Part shown: positions 13,101-25,602 of the stretch, one piece after another | How the letters are laid out: every line of letters begins with the position of its first letter | Position numbering within the stretch: position 1 is the stretch's first letter | From: Marsupella aquatica | Lineage: Eukaryota; Plantae; Marchantiophyta | NCBI GenBank assembly: GCA_973895155.1 | Contig: OZ316898.1 | Location: 19,851,292-19,915,291, forward strand | Direction of reading: 5' to 3' | DNA length: 64,000 nt | The notes under the pieces: model-generated | What the model was told of the DNA's origin: nothing | The model's input: the letters and a program-made list of their open reading frames with translations, nothing else | The model's database searches: none | Program-made: the position numbers and the translations under genes

Positions 13101-14757
13101 CCCAGTCGAGCCAACACCGCAAGACGTACACCTAATTGGCTACAAGTGGACATTTGTCCGCAAAAGAAATGATAAAGGCCAAGTTGTACGCTATAAAGCA
13201 CGTCTGGTAGGGAAAGGATTTACACAACAACCGGGAATTCATTACGATGAAACTTATTCACCGGTTATGGATAGCACAACATTCCGATACCTTATCGGAT
13301 TTGCCATTTTCCATAAACTACAAATGCGACAACTGGATGTTGCAACCGCATATCTATATGGAACTCTAGACACTTGTCTATACATGCGATCACCTCCCGA
13401 GTTGGAGCAACATCGTCGAGCCCTAGCTCAAGGCGCTAAATCGCATATCCCATATTTACATAAGATCATAACACAATTATCTCAAGTTACACCTCATGTG
13501 TCATCTATACATATAACTCATAATAATGACACCGCTGTGTCAACCGTACGGAATACTCACCGCGGACTAGCTATCCGCGTGTTGAAGGCATTATATGGCC
13601 TGAAACAAAGTGGCAGAGTATGGTATCAAAGATTTACTGATGAAATGATTACCATGGGTTTTTCCCATGATGCCATTACCCCATGTTTATTTATTAAACA
13701 TATGGATGACGAATATGTCATCGTTTCTATCTATGTTGATGACTTAAACATATTTGTGACACCCCAAATTACCGAAGATACCATTACTCGTCTTAAATCA
13801 ACATTTGAGATGAAAGACCTTGGACATACAAACTTTTGCTTAGGATTATAACTAGAGATCCTACCCACTGGCATGATGCTCCATCAGACAACACAAACTG
13901 AAAAGATCCTAAAACAGTTCAATATGAACCTAGCACATCCATTGACGTCATCAATGGTAATACGTTCATTAGAAAACAATACTGATGTTTTTCGCAAATG
14001 CGAAGAACATGAATCACTATTAGGACCAGAAACTTCGTATCTTTCTGTGATAAGAGCATTAATGTATCTAGCAAATCAGACATGACCAGACATTGCATTT
14101 GCAGTTAACTTACTAGCTAGACATAGTGCAACTCCCACAGCCAGACACTGGAACGGAGTTAAGCACGTATTTAGGTATCTGCGTGGCACCACCGATACAG
14201 GGTTATTTTACCCATTCGGTGCAAACCACGAACTCATAGGATACGCGGATGCCGGATATCTTTCCGACACTGACACCGCAAAATCCCAAACCGGATATGT
14301 TTTTACTATTGGGGGTACCGCTTTTTCTTGGAAAAGCGTGAAACAGACCCTAACAGCAACCTCATCAAATCACTCAGAAATCTTAGCTCTACATGAGGCT
14401 AGTCGTGAAGCCGTTTGGTTACGATCCTTTATAAACCACATCAACACCAAATGCGGCCTACCACCACTAACGAAGCCTACTAACATCTTTGAGGATAACG
14501 CAGCATGTATACAGCAGATCACGAAAGGATTCATCAAAGGCGATCGCGTGAAGCATATAGCTCCAAAGTTTTTCTACACCCACGAGTTACACGGAAAAGA
14601 GATCAACATTTTGCAGATTTCAAGTGCAGACAACTGTGCGGATCTCTTCACCAAATCACTATCGCCATCAGTTCACCACCGACACTGCCAGGCGATTGGA
14701 CTGCGGAGCATGCGACGCATGATGACCGTGGAGGCTGCTACTCCACATGACGATTGA
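10105..14757 (+). pseudogene. copia gag-pol polyprotein, inactivated by in-frame stops
   Basis: Single frame: zinc knuckle CHECGMTNHLARNC, protease IIDSATTH, integrase WHARLGHP / CTAC / RVDNAGEF, RT KARLV...YVDD, RNase H FEDNAACI / ADLFTK. In-frame stops at 10447, 10891, 10918, 11422, 12139, 12784, 13849, 14083. Confidence 0.95.
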
Positions 14758-15060
14758 TGCTGCTGATGACATGATGCTGACGACCTACCGTTGAGACAAA
14801 TATTAAAACTAGATTTACTACAACATCTGACTTTATTTAATATTGACATTTATTACAATGAGGACTGTTAGGCTGCACTCTTTTTCCTTTAGCACTCATA
14901 TTTTTTCTCTGCTACACTGGTAGAGTTTTTACTAAGCTAGAGTTGATAAAGGTTTTTTAACGAGGCAGTCTACCTCACTTGTACTTATATCATGTATTTT
15001 CTATGAACATGATATAATAGGTATAGTCTATGTTGTCTATATAGTTGTTACTATATATCC

Positions 15061-15069
15061 AAAGGGGAG
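15061..15069 (+). promoter_or_regulatory. Polypurine tract
   Basis: AAAGGGGAG directly precedes the 3' LTR. Confidence 0.85.
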
Positions 15070-15179
15070 TGTTAGACTCTACTTCTAGCCGAATGACCGG
15101 ACCAGCCAGTCACCAGACATGACTATATGTACCACCACTCATGGCTATTCAGATATTCATTCTCATTCAGACTCTAATA
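15070..15179 (+). repeat. 3' LTR (TG...TA)
   Basis: Direct repeat of 8717-8826, followed by the TSD TTCAG. Confidence 0.95.
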
Positions 15180-15691
15180 TTCAGAAGTAAGTTCAAGTTG
15201 AGATTAGCAAAGCTGCAACCTTGTATCAAGTGGCATGGATGGGGACTCATTAATTTGAGCTCTCTTTTCAATCACCATTGGTGTATATAATTGGAGCTTT
15301 TTCAGCTATCTCACACTAACTCTATATGTAAGGCCCATCAAGCTAATACAATTCTGCAAGCAAACTACTTGTGATTTGTACAATGGTTCAGAAGTCATGT
15401 GTCCAATAAGACAAGTGTGAGTTGACTTACTTTTTATATTTTTCATCAAAAGAAACTGTTTGCATTCTTTGATGTCATCAACCACCTCTTGGTTTTAATA
15501 ACTAGAATGTCTACAGTGTCCACCAACCTTCCTGGTAGAGAACTTCTTCTGTCAACATCACCCATGAGTTCAAATTGTAGACAACAAGGACCACAGTTCA
15601 TGGGTAAGAAGGTACATCCATTGACTAGTAAAGTCAAAGTCCACCCAAAGAAGGTGATTCAATTCAGCGTAATGATGGTAGAGGTGCAACG

Positions 15692-16043
15692 CGGAGAACA
15701 TAGCCAATCTTTGATTTTTCAGCTCCTTCACCTTGAGGTCAGCAAAGGCGTCTGGGTCATCAGCCAAACCGAGGGAGTCCAATGCTCCTCCAAGGTAAAT
15801 TGGGTCCAATCCCTTGCCAAGGGCTCCTCCTCCAACTCTGTATCCCTCAATGAGACCCATCAACACCACCTGCAAACCCAATATTGCAAGAATGCCCTAT
15901 GCATGGATCAAATTGGGGTTGCCAAGGTAGTCCAACCCCCCCTCAACAAAGGTTATTTTGAGAACCCGTGTTGAACCAGATTGTCTCACCAAACTTGACA
16001 CCAGCCGTGGAGAGCATAGCCCATCTGGCGTGAATCACTTCCA
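15692..16043 (-). pseudogene. LHCB: LHCII (Lhcb1/2-type) chlorophyll a/b-binding protein fragment, copy A
   Basis: [72 protein letters not shown]. No N-terminus; internal deletion; frameshift; truncated after AMFS. Confidence 0.9.
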
Positions 16044-16233
16044 ATTTTGAATTGGATCCCATCACCAAAATTACTAGATGTACCATAAATTTGTAATGAT
16101 AATTTGAACACCCTCATATGCAAGATGGCCCTAAGCCACATTCACCCTTTGAGATGGCCTCATTAAGTTCTGTGGACTTTTGCATTTGTTTTCTAAATAA
16201 TTTGCAAGGGTAGAAATTCATTCACGATGAAAC

Positions 16234-16880
16234 TCAAGCTCGAGACTCATTAAGAGCCTCCGTATGTAGCTGCCCGCATACAAGCCCGGGCAAGTAAAAA
16301 AAATTGAGTGCCAAGAGGGTATGAATGAACCCCACTTTTGGGTGGGGTGAATGATAAAAGCTTCCTTTGCTGGCAGGATTCAAACCCAAGACCACCCCTA
16401 CCATGCAACCTATAGGCAGCTGGTGACCACAGTGCATCGCGCCCCCGTATTGAACCCTATTCTCACGTCACGGGAAGTGGGCACCGGGCAGCTTAGTACG
16501 GGCTAATCACATTGATCAGCCTCGATCTTGAGTCTTGTCCCTAATATAAATTCACAACAAAACTCAACCTTGAGGCTCATTACGAGCCTCCATATGCAGC
16601 TGCCCATGCTCACGACCAGGCAAGTACGAATGAACCCCACTTTGGATGGGGTGAATGTTGAAATGCTTCAGAGCCAACCGGATGTGAGACGGAGACCTCC
16701 CCTGTCATAGTGACCTGCACTACCTTCTAGCCTAGGGCCAATTGATGATGACCATTCCTCGCGCCAGGTACTCATTCTACTAATTGGACTTGCATACGTG
16801 GGCTGTGGGCAGCACGGCCGGGCTACTTAATGCGATTAGTGTTAATTAGCCTCGAGATGAGCTTTTGTCCATAATACTAC
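16234..16880 (-). repeat. Two tandem related ~320-bp repeat units, possibly tRNA-derived SINE-like (paralog at ~20902-21530)
   Basis: Units share gagcctcc..gctgccc..gaatgaaccccactttt..ttagcctcga. The minus strand has a B-box-like GGTTTGAATCC (~16377-16387); the paralog has an A-box-like TGGTAGAG. Confidence 0.4.
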
Positions 16881-17935
16881 TTACACATTTGTTATCACTC
16901 TAATTAAGGGGTCCCTATTATTTTCTTTAACTCAATGAGTGCACACCTTATATAACCACATTTTAAAGTAACCATGCACACCTTATATTACCACATTTCA
17001 CATTTTGATACTTGATTACAGGCTGGAGGCTGGGGACGGGGTAATTAAGCCCCCCCTTTGAGGCCCCTAATTTCTTATTTTCTATCACTGTCCCACCATG
17101 CGATTCTGTGGACCCAAACTCGTCCCACACCCAATTTATCCATCTAGAATTAAACTCTGTACCTATCCATCCATTGACTGCACTTTCTCGTCACCTCCCC
17201 GAGGCTACCACTCCCTGTGGGCCCTTCATCCATGGTGCTGTAGAGCAATTGCCGCAGCACAAACAACCAAACAACCATCTCCATTGGATGGACGAAAAAG
17301 ATCTCAGCTGCACGAGAGAAACCGGCCGAATGTGCTTGCTGGGTCCGAGGTTTACTGTGCCTTAGAGGCAAGAGAAAGAGAATCATTCCAGCGACGAGGC
17401 TTTGCTTTCGGCCAAGCAAAGCAGAGCAAAACAGAGCATTGTAGATATTGAATTGCGACTCTGTTATCATTTGGCTGCCGCTGTTGGTGTAGTGGTTTCA
17501 GCTGAGATCGTCGGTGCTGTCGGCTGCAACCCAGTTGTGGATCTCGATCGGAGGCCATAGCGAGCTTTCTTCGGGAGATTCGAGGACTGTCCGGTGCCGC
17601 TCTCCCCCCCGCCCCCCTTGTCAATTTCAGCTGGGTTTTCTCCGGTGTTCGTATACTTTAGAAGAAGTGGACCTTGAAGCGAAGCTGTGCTGTGGTCTGC
17701 GGGCCAAAATGCTTGATGTACAATGTATGGCGTTGTCAGCTAATGGAATCTAGGGGTTGTCCGACGTCCGACGTAAGGATATCTTTGTTACTATCTGCAA
17801 TGTGTGTTGGGCCGTGTGTCCTGTATTGTAGAAATTGGTTTTCTGAGTTTGTTTTGTAAGACTGTGAACATTGTCCCTGTGGACAGACGGAAGGAAGGAA
17901 GGAACTGTTCTCGTAGAGCCCTCACTAGCTCGGAA

Positions 17936-18283
17936 ATGGCATCCGTAGCAGCAGCATCGCAGCTCGCCTCGGTCGCGGCACTGAGCTCCGCGCAACAAGT
18001 CTGCACTTCGGGAAGCAGCACGATCAGGCTGCCGTTGAGGACGGGGATGCCCGCCATAGAGTGTGCGAAGCACCCTCAGAAGAAGGCCACGGCGCACCAC
18101 AATAAGACGAGGCCGAAGAAGCACACTCCCTACGACAAGAATAGGCAGGGGCCGACCCTCTACCCTGCTATGGCGAAGCCGCCGCCCATTTGGGGCTTTG
18201 ACTCTGGTGATGGCGTTCCCGATGTCTGGGCACCAGAGCCTAAATACGTCAAGCTGGCTCCAGTTGTGGCACCTTCATCGTAA
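17936..18283 (+). CDS. PSRP6: Plastid-specific 50S ribosomal protein 6 (cL38) precursor, 115 aa, single coding exon
   Basis: Ala/Ser-rich transit peptide MASVAAASQLASVAALSS... followed by the PSRP6 signature IECAKHPQKKATAHHNKTRPKKHTPYDKNR.GPTLYP...PPPIW. Confidence 0.9.
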   Translation: MASVAAASQLASVAALSSAQQVCTSGSSTIRLPLRTGMPAIECAKHPQKKATAHHNKTRPKKHTPYDKNRQGPTLYPAMAKPPPIWGFDSGDGVPDVWAPEPKYVKLAPVVAPSS

Positions 18284-18364
18284 TCTTGCGATTGATCCAT
18301 TCATCGCTGCAGAATTTCGCGATCATTATGTTTAGGTTTTTTGTGTTTCGAATTTCTCTGCCCG

Positions 18365-18366
<2 letters not shown>

Positions 18367-18407
<41 letters not shown>
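18367..18407 (+). repeat. (GA)n microsatellite downstream of PSRP6
   Basis: About 20 GA units. Confidence 0.95.
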
Positions 18408-18410
<3 letters not shown>

Positions 18411-20242
18411 CGGACCGAATTAGGTCACGCTATCCGCTTCTGTAATGAATTGTTCCATGGAAGGAAACTGGAGATTAAGCCGGATGTGTTGATCTCTAAA
18501 TTCCATCTACCTTTCCTGAGTATTGGATGAATTTGTTCGGGTTTCCCCCTTTTGGGTGTTAAAAATTTAGTATACTCCAGAATGTGCTCATTCTACGAAA
18601 TCCATGATCATCTGTCCGCTGCGAATTTGTTGAATTGGATACGTGCTACACGGCATTGAGCTGGTAGTTTTTGGACCCAGGATGCGAGTTTTGAAATATT
18701 TAAAATCCATACTTTTCCCAATGTTCCAGAGTTGCTTTCTCGGATTTACTCCACATCAATAACCTTCAAATTTATTGAGATGGGCAGCTAGACTTATAGA
18801 CCTCTAGGCCTTAACATCCATAATCCAACTTTTAGGCTTCAGGGTGAAGTCCTTCAGGAAGGTGGGTCGCCTAAATTTTTGAGATGGGTTGTACAGATGT
18901 CTGTAGGCTGAAAGAATTGGCCTACAGAAGTTAAACTATCAATTAAAGAAGACTTTGATCATTCGTATGCAGCATCCGCATATATGCACTGTCAAATGTG
19001 AGTGCACTAATTGCCAAAAGTATTCGTTCCGCTGAGAGATTAGGCTAGCTCCTGAGGAAGTTTAGAAACCTCGCTTTGTTAAACATTATACATGGCGAAG
19101 GTACGAAGCATGGTCGCACATGAAATTTCCAGACAATCTTGAGGGCACGTCACAGGTGATCTCCATATCATTTATCACGTCCAGTCATTTCGCCTCGATC
19201 CAAATTCGCAAAATAAATCCTCGAGAGCTGCTAACGAGTACCCTGAATTATGCCCGTACAGTTGCATAGTATCTGGTTTGATTGTTGAGTTGTACAAACT
19301 TAGAAATTGTCAGTTTCAAATAGCTCAAGGACAGTGCATGTTCCTGAAGTTAGAGTTAAACGTTTACTTGCCATATCTGTCCAACCATATCTGGAGTTCA
19401 GTGTAGTGACATCATTGTGGGTGCGCTCTAAAAAAAGGCAGGTATGAGGAAAATACGCTCTAGCGAGGACCAGTGCATCAGTGAAGGTCTCAAAATGGTT
19501 TTGCCTGTGGTAAGTTTGAAAATAGAAATTAAGTCTGGAATATCATTTTATGTAGCTGATGGACATCTGTCACATTCTTCTTCTTATTCTTCTTCATCCT
19601 CATAGAAGATTTATGCGAAGATAAGACAATCTGTTTCTTCTTTTCCTTAGACCAATCTTAGTGGATATCGAAGAATAAGGAATTCAGAAGTAAGTTCAAG
19701 TTGAGATTAGTACAGCTGCGACCTTATATCAAGTGGCATGGATGAGGACTCATTTTGAGGTCTCTTTCAATCACCGTCGGTGTATATAATTGGAGCTTGT
19801 TCATCTATCTCACACGAACTTTATCTGTAAGGCCCATCAAGCTAATACAATTCTGCAAGCTAATAGCTTGTGATTATGGTTCAGAAATTATGTGTCTAAT
19901 AAGTGTGACTTGACTTACTTTTATTTATTTTTCATCAATTAAAGAAACTGTCTGCACTCTTTGATGTCATCAACCACCTCTTTAATAACTAGCATGTGTA
20001 CACACTCCACCAACCTTCTTGGCAGAGAACTTCTTCTGTCAAACCATCACCCATGAGTTCAAATTGTAGACAAAAAGGACCACAGTTCATGGGTAAGAAG
20101 GTACACCATTAAGTAGTCAAGTCAAAGTCCACGCAAAGAAGGTGATCCAATTCAGCGTACTGATGGTAGACAGTTAAGGTTTGCTTAAAAAGACATCGAA
20201 GGAGGAGGTTGCAACTGCATAACAATCTACAAGAAAAATGAT

Positions 20243-20716
20243 TTAGTGCCCAGGGGTGAAAGCAGTGGCATATGCCCAGGCATATATTCTTAGCCACTGC
20301 GTCCGCCAAGTGCTCCGTCAAATTCTCAATAGGGCTTTTGCCGGTAACAATGGCCTGGACATAGAATCTGAACGTGGAGAACATAGCCAATCTTCCATTT
20401 TTCAGCTTCTTCACCTTGAGTTCAGCAAAGGTGTCTGGGTTGTCAGCCAAACTGAGGGGGTCAAATGCTCCTCCAAGGTAAATTGGGTCCAGTCCCTTGC
20501 CAATGGCTCCTCCTCCAACTCTGTATTCCTCAATGAGACCCATCAACACCACCTGCAAACCCGATATTGCAAGAATGCCCTGCATATGGATCAAATTGGG
20601 GTTGCCAAGGTAGTCCAACCCCCCCTCAACAAAGGTTATTTAGAGATCCAGCGTTGAACCAGATTGTCTCACCAAACCGTGGAGAGCATAGCCCATCTGG
20701 CTTGAATCACTTCCAA
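20243..20716 (-). pseudogene. LHCB: LHCII (Lhcb1/2-type) fragment, copy B, retaining the C-terminus
   Basis: [93 protein letters not shown], with frameshifts and no N-terminus. Confidence 0.92.
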
Positions 20717-21609
20717 TTTTGAATTGGTTCCCATCACCAAAATTACTAGATGTACCATAATTTTGTAATGATAATTTGAAGACCCTCACATGCAAGATGG
20801 CCTTAAGCCACACCCTTTGAGATGGCCTCATTAAGTTCAGTGGACTTCTGCATTTATTTTCTAAATAATTTGCAAGGGTAGAAATTCGTTCACGACGAAA
20901 CTCAAGCTCGAGGCTCATTAAGAGCCTCCGTACGTAGCTGCCCGCATACAAGCCCGGGTGAGTAAAAAAAAAATCGAGTGTCAACAGGGTATGAATGAAC
21001 CCCACTTTTGGGTGGGGTGAATGATAAAAACTTCCTTTGCTGGCAAGATTCAAAACCGAGACCTCCGTTACCCCACTGAGCACCTCTACCATGCAGCCTA
21101 TAGGCAGCTGGTGACCACAGCCTATAGGCAGCTGGTGACCACAATGCATCGTGCCCAGTATTTAACCCTATGCTCACATCAAGGGAAGTGGGCAGCTTAG
21201 TACGGGCTAATCGCATTGATTAGCCTCAATCTTGAGTCTCGTCCTTAAAAGAAATTCACAACAAAACTCAACTTTGAGGCTCATTACGAGCCTCCATACG
21301 CAGCTGCCCGCACTTGCAGCCAGGCAAGTACGAATGAACCCTGTCATAGGGACCTGCACTACCTTCTAGTCTAGGGCCAATTGATGATGACCATTCCTCG
21401 AGCCAGGTACTCATTCTACTAACTGGACTTGCATACGTGGGCTGTGGGCAGCACTGCCGGGCTAGTTAATGCGGTTAGCGTTGATTAGCCTCAAGGTGAG
21501 CTTTCGTCCATAATCCTACCTACACGTTTGTTATCACTGTAATTAAGGGGTCCCAAAGGTGTAATTATGTGCACACCTTAAATAATCACATTTTAATGTA
21601 ATCATGCAG

Positions 21610-21838
21610 CCTATATTACCACATTTCACATTTTGATTGGTGATTACAGGCTGAGGACGGGCCCTATATTACCACATTTCACATTTTGATTGGTGATTAC
21701 AGGCTGAGGACGGGCCCTATATTACCACATTTCACATTTTGATTGGTGATTACAGGCTGAGGACGGGGTCATTTCAAAGGGGGGAAACGGGATTTCACTT
21801 TCACTTTCACATTTTGATTGGTGATTACAGGCTGAGGA
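21610..21838 (+). repeat. 53-bp tandem repeat x3 plus a partial copy
   Basis: ctatattaccacatttcacattttgattggtgattacaggctgaggacgggcc at 21611, 21664 and 21717; only one copy at ~16982 in duplication unit 1. Confidence 0.9.
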
Positions 21839-22955
21839 ACTTCCCCCTTTGAGACCCCTAATTTCTTCTTTTCTATCACTGTCCAACCATGTGATTCTGT
21901 GGACCCAAAGTAGTCCCACACCCAATTTATCTATCTAGAATTCAACTCTGTACCTATCCTCTGATAATCCAACTTTTAGGCTTCAGGGTGGTGAAGTCAT
22001 TTTAGAAGGTGAAGCCTACATTTATGGGTCGCCTAAACTTTTAAGATGGGTTGTACAGATGTCTGTAGGCTGAATGATAATTGGCCGACAGAAGTTAAAA
22101 CTATCAATTAAAGAAACTTTGATCATCCGTATGCAGCATCGCTTTGTTAAACATTATACATGGCACAATGGCGAAGGCACGAAGCATGGTCTCACATTTT
22201 CCAGACAATCTTGAGGGCATGTCACAGGTGATCTCCATATCATATATCATGTCACAGGTGATCGATAAATCGAGGATTTTGCGAATAAATCCTCGAGAGC
22301 TGCTAACGAGTACCCTCAATGCCCGTCCAGTTGCAAGCTTCTCACAATATATTCATTAACATGTCCTCTAGAGAGTGAATCTGGAGAGCATCTCTTGCTT
22401 TAGGATATTTAGTGGTTGCCGGGGCTATGTATGTGGAACATGGTCACGCATGGGTATGAAGGCATGGATAGTGGTTGCCGGGGCTATGTATGTGGAACAC
22501 GTCAATTGCCATAAACTGTCTTCCCCCGCTTTGTGAAACATGGTCATACGTCACGTAGGTACCATGTAAAGCTGCATGTCTCTTTTATACAATGTAGATT
22601 TGGCAGAACTGATAGAAACACGGTTTCAGAAACCGTCACTTCATTGATAAGTAGCTTGATTACAAATCCGTACGTAGATTGATTACAAAAATCCATGAGT
22701 CTACAACCTTCCAGACGGTTAAACTAGCAACGATGAGAAAATAACAACCTTCCAGACGGCTAAACTTCCTCGGGAGCTGGCAAAGCGAGCCCAAGGACCA
22801 TAACTGTAGGAACCATCGACGAGACAACTCAGTTTCCCTGTAAACTAGGGCTTCAAACTACGCCTCAAATTGCATTTGGAATTGGCATGTGCAGCGACGT
22901 AATCAACCAGCGGTTGAAACGACATTGCCACTACATCATACCATCAACACCCATT

Positions 22956-23321
22956 TCAACACCCTTTTGGAACAAAAGAAGGATCGACGCACAAGGCGAT
23001 ATATCTTTTGCCTTCCACCTCCGTCAGTTTCACTGCACTCATGAGGGCCGAGGTCAAGACCGCGCATATGCACTCCGGTGATGGATGCATCTTGTCGTGA
23101 ACCATCTGTAGGGCCGCACAGCAGGGATCAGTCCGCTTAGGGTCCTGAGCCAGACCAATGCACCGAGTCAGTTGGCCCTCCATGTTTGTTACGGTTGATG
23201 CAGGACATGAGTTGGTCTGCTGAGCTCCAGCCCGGCCAACTTCAACACTCAGGAACACTACACAAACCGTAACCAAGGTGAGGACACACATGCGTAGAGA
23301 CATTCCGTCGTTGGCGGCCAT
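22956..23321 (-). CDS. Non-specific lipid transfer protein / 8-cysteine-motif secreted protein, 121 aa
   Basis: Hydrophobic signal peptide, then C-x14-C-x12-CC-x15-CxC-x24-C-x9-C ending at the stop; no GPI tail. Confidence 0.85.
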   Translation of the reverse strand: MAANDGMSLRMCVLTLVTVCVVFLSVEVGRAGAQQTNSCPASTVTNMEGQLTRCIGLAQDPKRTDPCCAALQMVHDKMHPSPECICAVLTSALMSAVKLTEVEGKRYIALCVDPSFVPKGC

Positions 23322-25602
23322 AGTGATCGGAACTACCTAGTAGGTTCACTTGAACGTCGTGTACCGGTCGGCTAGGATGTGGATATGACCTGCACAATAT
23401 GGAGACAAGTCAACACAAACCTGATCTCGCAGCGAAGAGGGGACAGTAGTGCTGTCACCATACCAGACAGATACTACACTGAAATAGAAATCCAGCATTC
23501 TGAGTATGAATACCGTCTATTGAATCCACGCACGGAGAGTTGAACATCAATAGACTACTTGAAACGTGCAGCATGTCAATTCACATTCTCCAGAGGGGAT
23601 ACAGGAACAGCTGAAGAGAGTACTTTCACCATTCAGCTGAGCTCTCTGCCAGTGCAAAACCAAGCATCATACCTTGCAGCGCGAAAACTTCGGGACGGCG
23701 GGATATGTTGCGATTGCGCTCACTGTGAAAATTTGGCAGCAACGGACGAGAATATATAGCTCAGCAGAGACATGTGCGACTCCACTTGCTGACGATTGAC
23801 TTCAGTCTTCATGAATGACTGTTGCTGAAGACTGGATGGCGGTCAATTCCATGAAGGCTAGTGGCGTACTGGCGTGGCTGATCGATTTAATTCAATCATT
23901 AATATCTGGATCCACCCAATGTACTGTACGGGTAATGTGAAATATTTGAGTCGTGTGCTTTATGGTGCAAGCTATCCAGCTTTCCGGCAACCGCATTCCT
24001 GGTTAGAAGCCACTTGTATTCTTTTAAGTTGTAGAAACCATAGGGTTGACAGGGCGCTACGTACGCTGATTCAGCGAGACGAGAGTTTTTAGAAACCAAA
24101 GGGTTGACAGGGTGCTAGCTGATTCTTCGAGACGAGTCACATTCGGACTGTGAGACTGTCCGTCTGCTGCTCGCGAAACCTGAGCAATTATCACTTTTCC
24201 TCTGTGGCAAAACATTCGTCTGATAATAATAAACCCCACTTTGGATGTATCCGTTATCGGGTCCGTTGTACAACTATTTTGCCGAAAATCTTTCACGTGT
24301 GAAAATTGAGTAGGGGAGCCATTAGAGATTCTGATATTCATATTTCACAGCCATTTGCCAATTTGGAAGTTAGGCCAGCACAGGACGAGTGAACTCCACT
24401 GAATCAGACATTAAGACCGGTCTCTCCTATTGAACTACCGTACCCTCTTTGGCAGCTGCACACTAATGATCCTCCCCGTCTGTGGTCGAGCCCAAATTTC
24501 TAGACCTGCCCAAGTGCCAAAACTATAATTCTGGTTGGTGACGGGTGAGTACTCAATTGAATGAGCCATGATGAAAGGTGTAAAGTCCCTGATAAACAAC
24601 GTCGAGCGCAGAATCTATCTGCTACCATTTGCACCGCTTGATTCGCTTCACATCTGGTACATTAGTGAGCAATTCAGCAATCTGTAGGACACGAATTAAA
24701 GAAACAACAACCTTCAAAAACGTGGCGCTCTTCACGTACAATAGTACTGTGATGGCTTGGACAGTTGGACGATCGCGACAACACCACTACACGTCTACAC
24801 GTCTACACCAGGCACTGACGATGGCAGGCGAGCTGCGAGCAACAGAACAATTCTGCATTTCTGCTGTCCAAGTTCCACTCCTCAGAGGCTCAGACGACTA
24901 GACCATAATGAAACAACGCACCTACCCAGTTATGATCATTTACTTCTTCTCGAAAGCAGTGTTTATCAGTCAATATAAGAACGCATGCCAAACATAAACG
25001 CCTGGCTACGCGTCAATCAGTCAATGGGAATCACCCGGGGAGCTTGTGATCAATGTAGAGGAGTACTCCAGAGTCCAGACAGTGGCTTACTGCGTGTGAG
25101 AGAGAGAGAGAGAGACAGACAGACCTGAGTCACCTGACCGAATGCCAGAGCCCAGAGAAATGTTTAACAAACTCGACGACCCATAGAACAGCAATTGAAC
25201 ACATCGCTCTGAAGATCGAGCCGCCATGTGCTGTCTGTTCGTTGAATGCAGAATATATAGCTCGAAAGATAATGAAAGAAGGCTGCCATAGTGCCATGGT
25301 TGTTGTATTATTATGATTCAGGATTATTTCGTCATGGCAGGACTCAGGTAGCAGCTTCATCCCGAATAGTTAGCCACTTTAAAATTGTCCAACTCACAGA
25401 AAGGTTCGTCTACAGCACTAGAGCATCCCCCCAAAAAGACCTACAGTAGATCCCTGACTAAATATAATGACCTTAATTTTCCACCCGACCAAGTGACCAA
25501 CTGTACTTCTGAGTTTTTTTTTAGAACGGTCGTTCTAGCTGTTTTGTCCTGTAGAAAATTATGTGAACAGTCATTGGCTCTTCATGAGTTGAATTCTATA
25601 AT

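Larger units (their letters stand above)
8717..15179 (+). mobile_element. Full-length Ty1/copia LTR retrotransposon, Bianca-like lineage, with TTCAG target-site duplication
   Basis: 110-bp LTRs at 8717-8826 and 15070-15179 differ at 2 positions. TSD TTCAG at 8712-8716 and 15180-15184. PBS, PPT and gag-PR-INT-RT-RH order are present. Gag start MTNLEKLTFPALDINGSNYLEW and RH motif GFIKGDRVKHIAPKFFYTHEL are Bianca-like. Confidence 0.96.
8331..19266 (+). repeat. Tandem segmental duplication, unit 1 (contains the copia insertion, LHCB fragment and PSRP6)
   Basis: 8331-8716 plus 15185-17168 align with 19265-21959; 18820-19266 aligns with 21964-22335. Confidence 0.9.
19265..22335 (+). repeat. Tandem segmental duplication, unit 2 (no copia, no PSRP6)
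   Basis: Collinear with unit 1 but has a single TTCAG empty site at ~19682-19686 and lacks the equivalent of 17169-18819. Confidence 0.9.
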
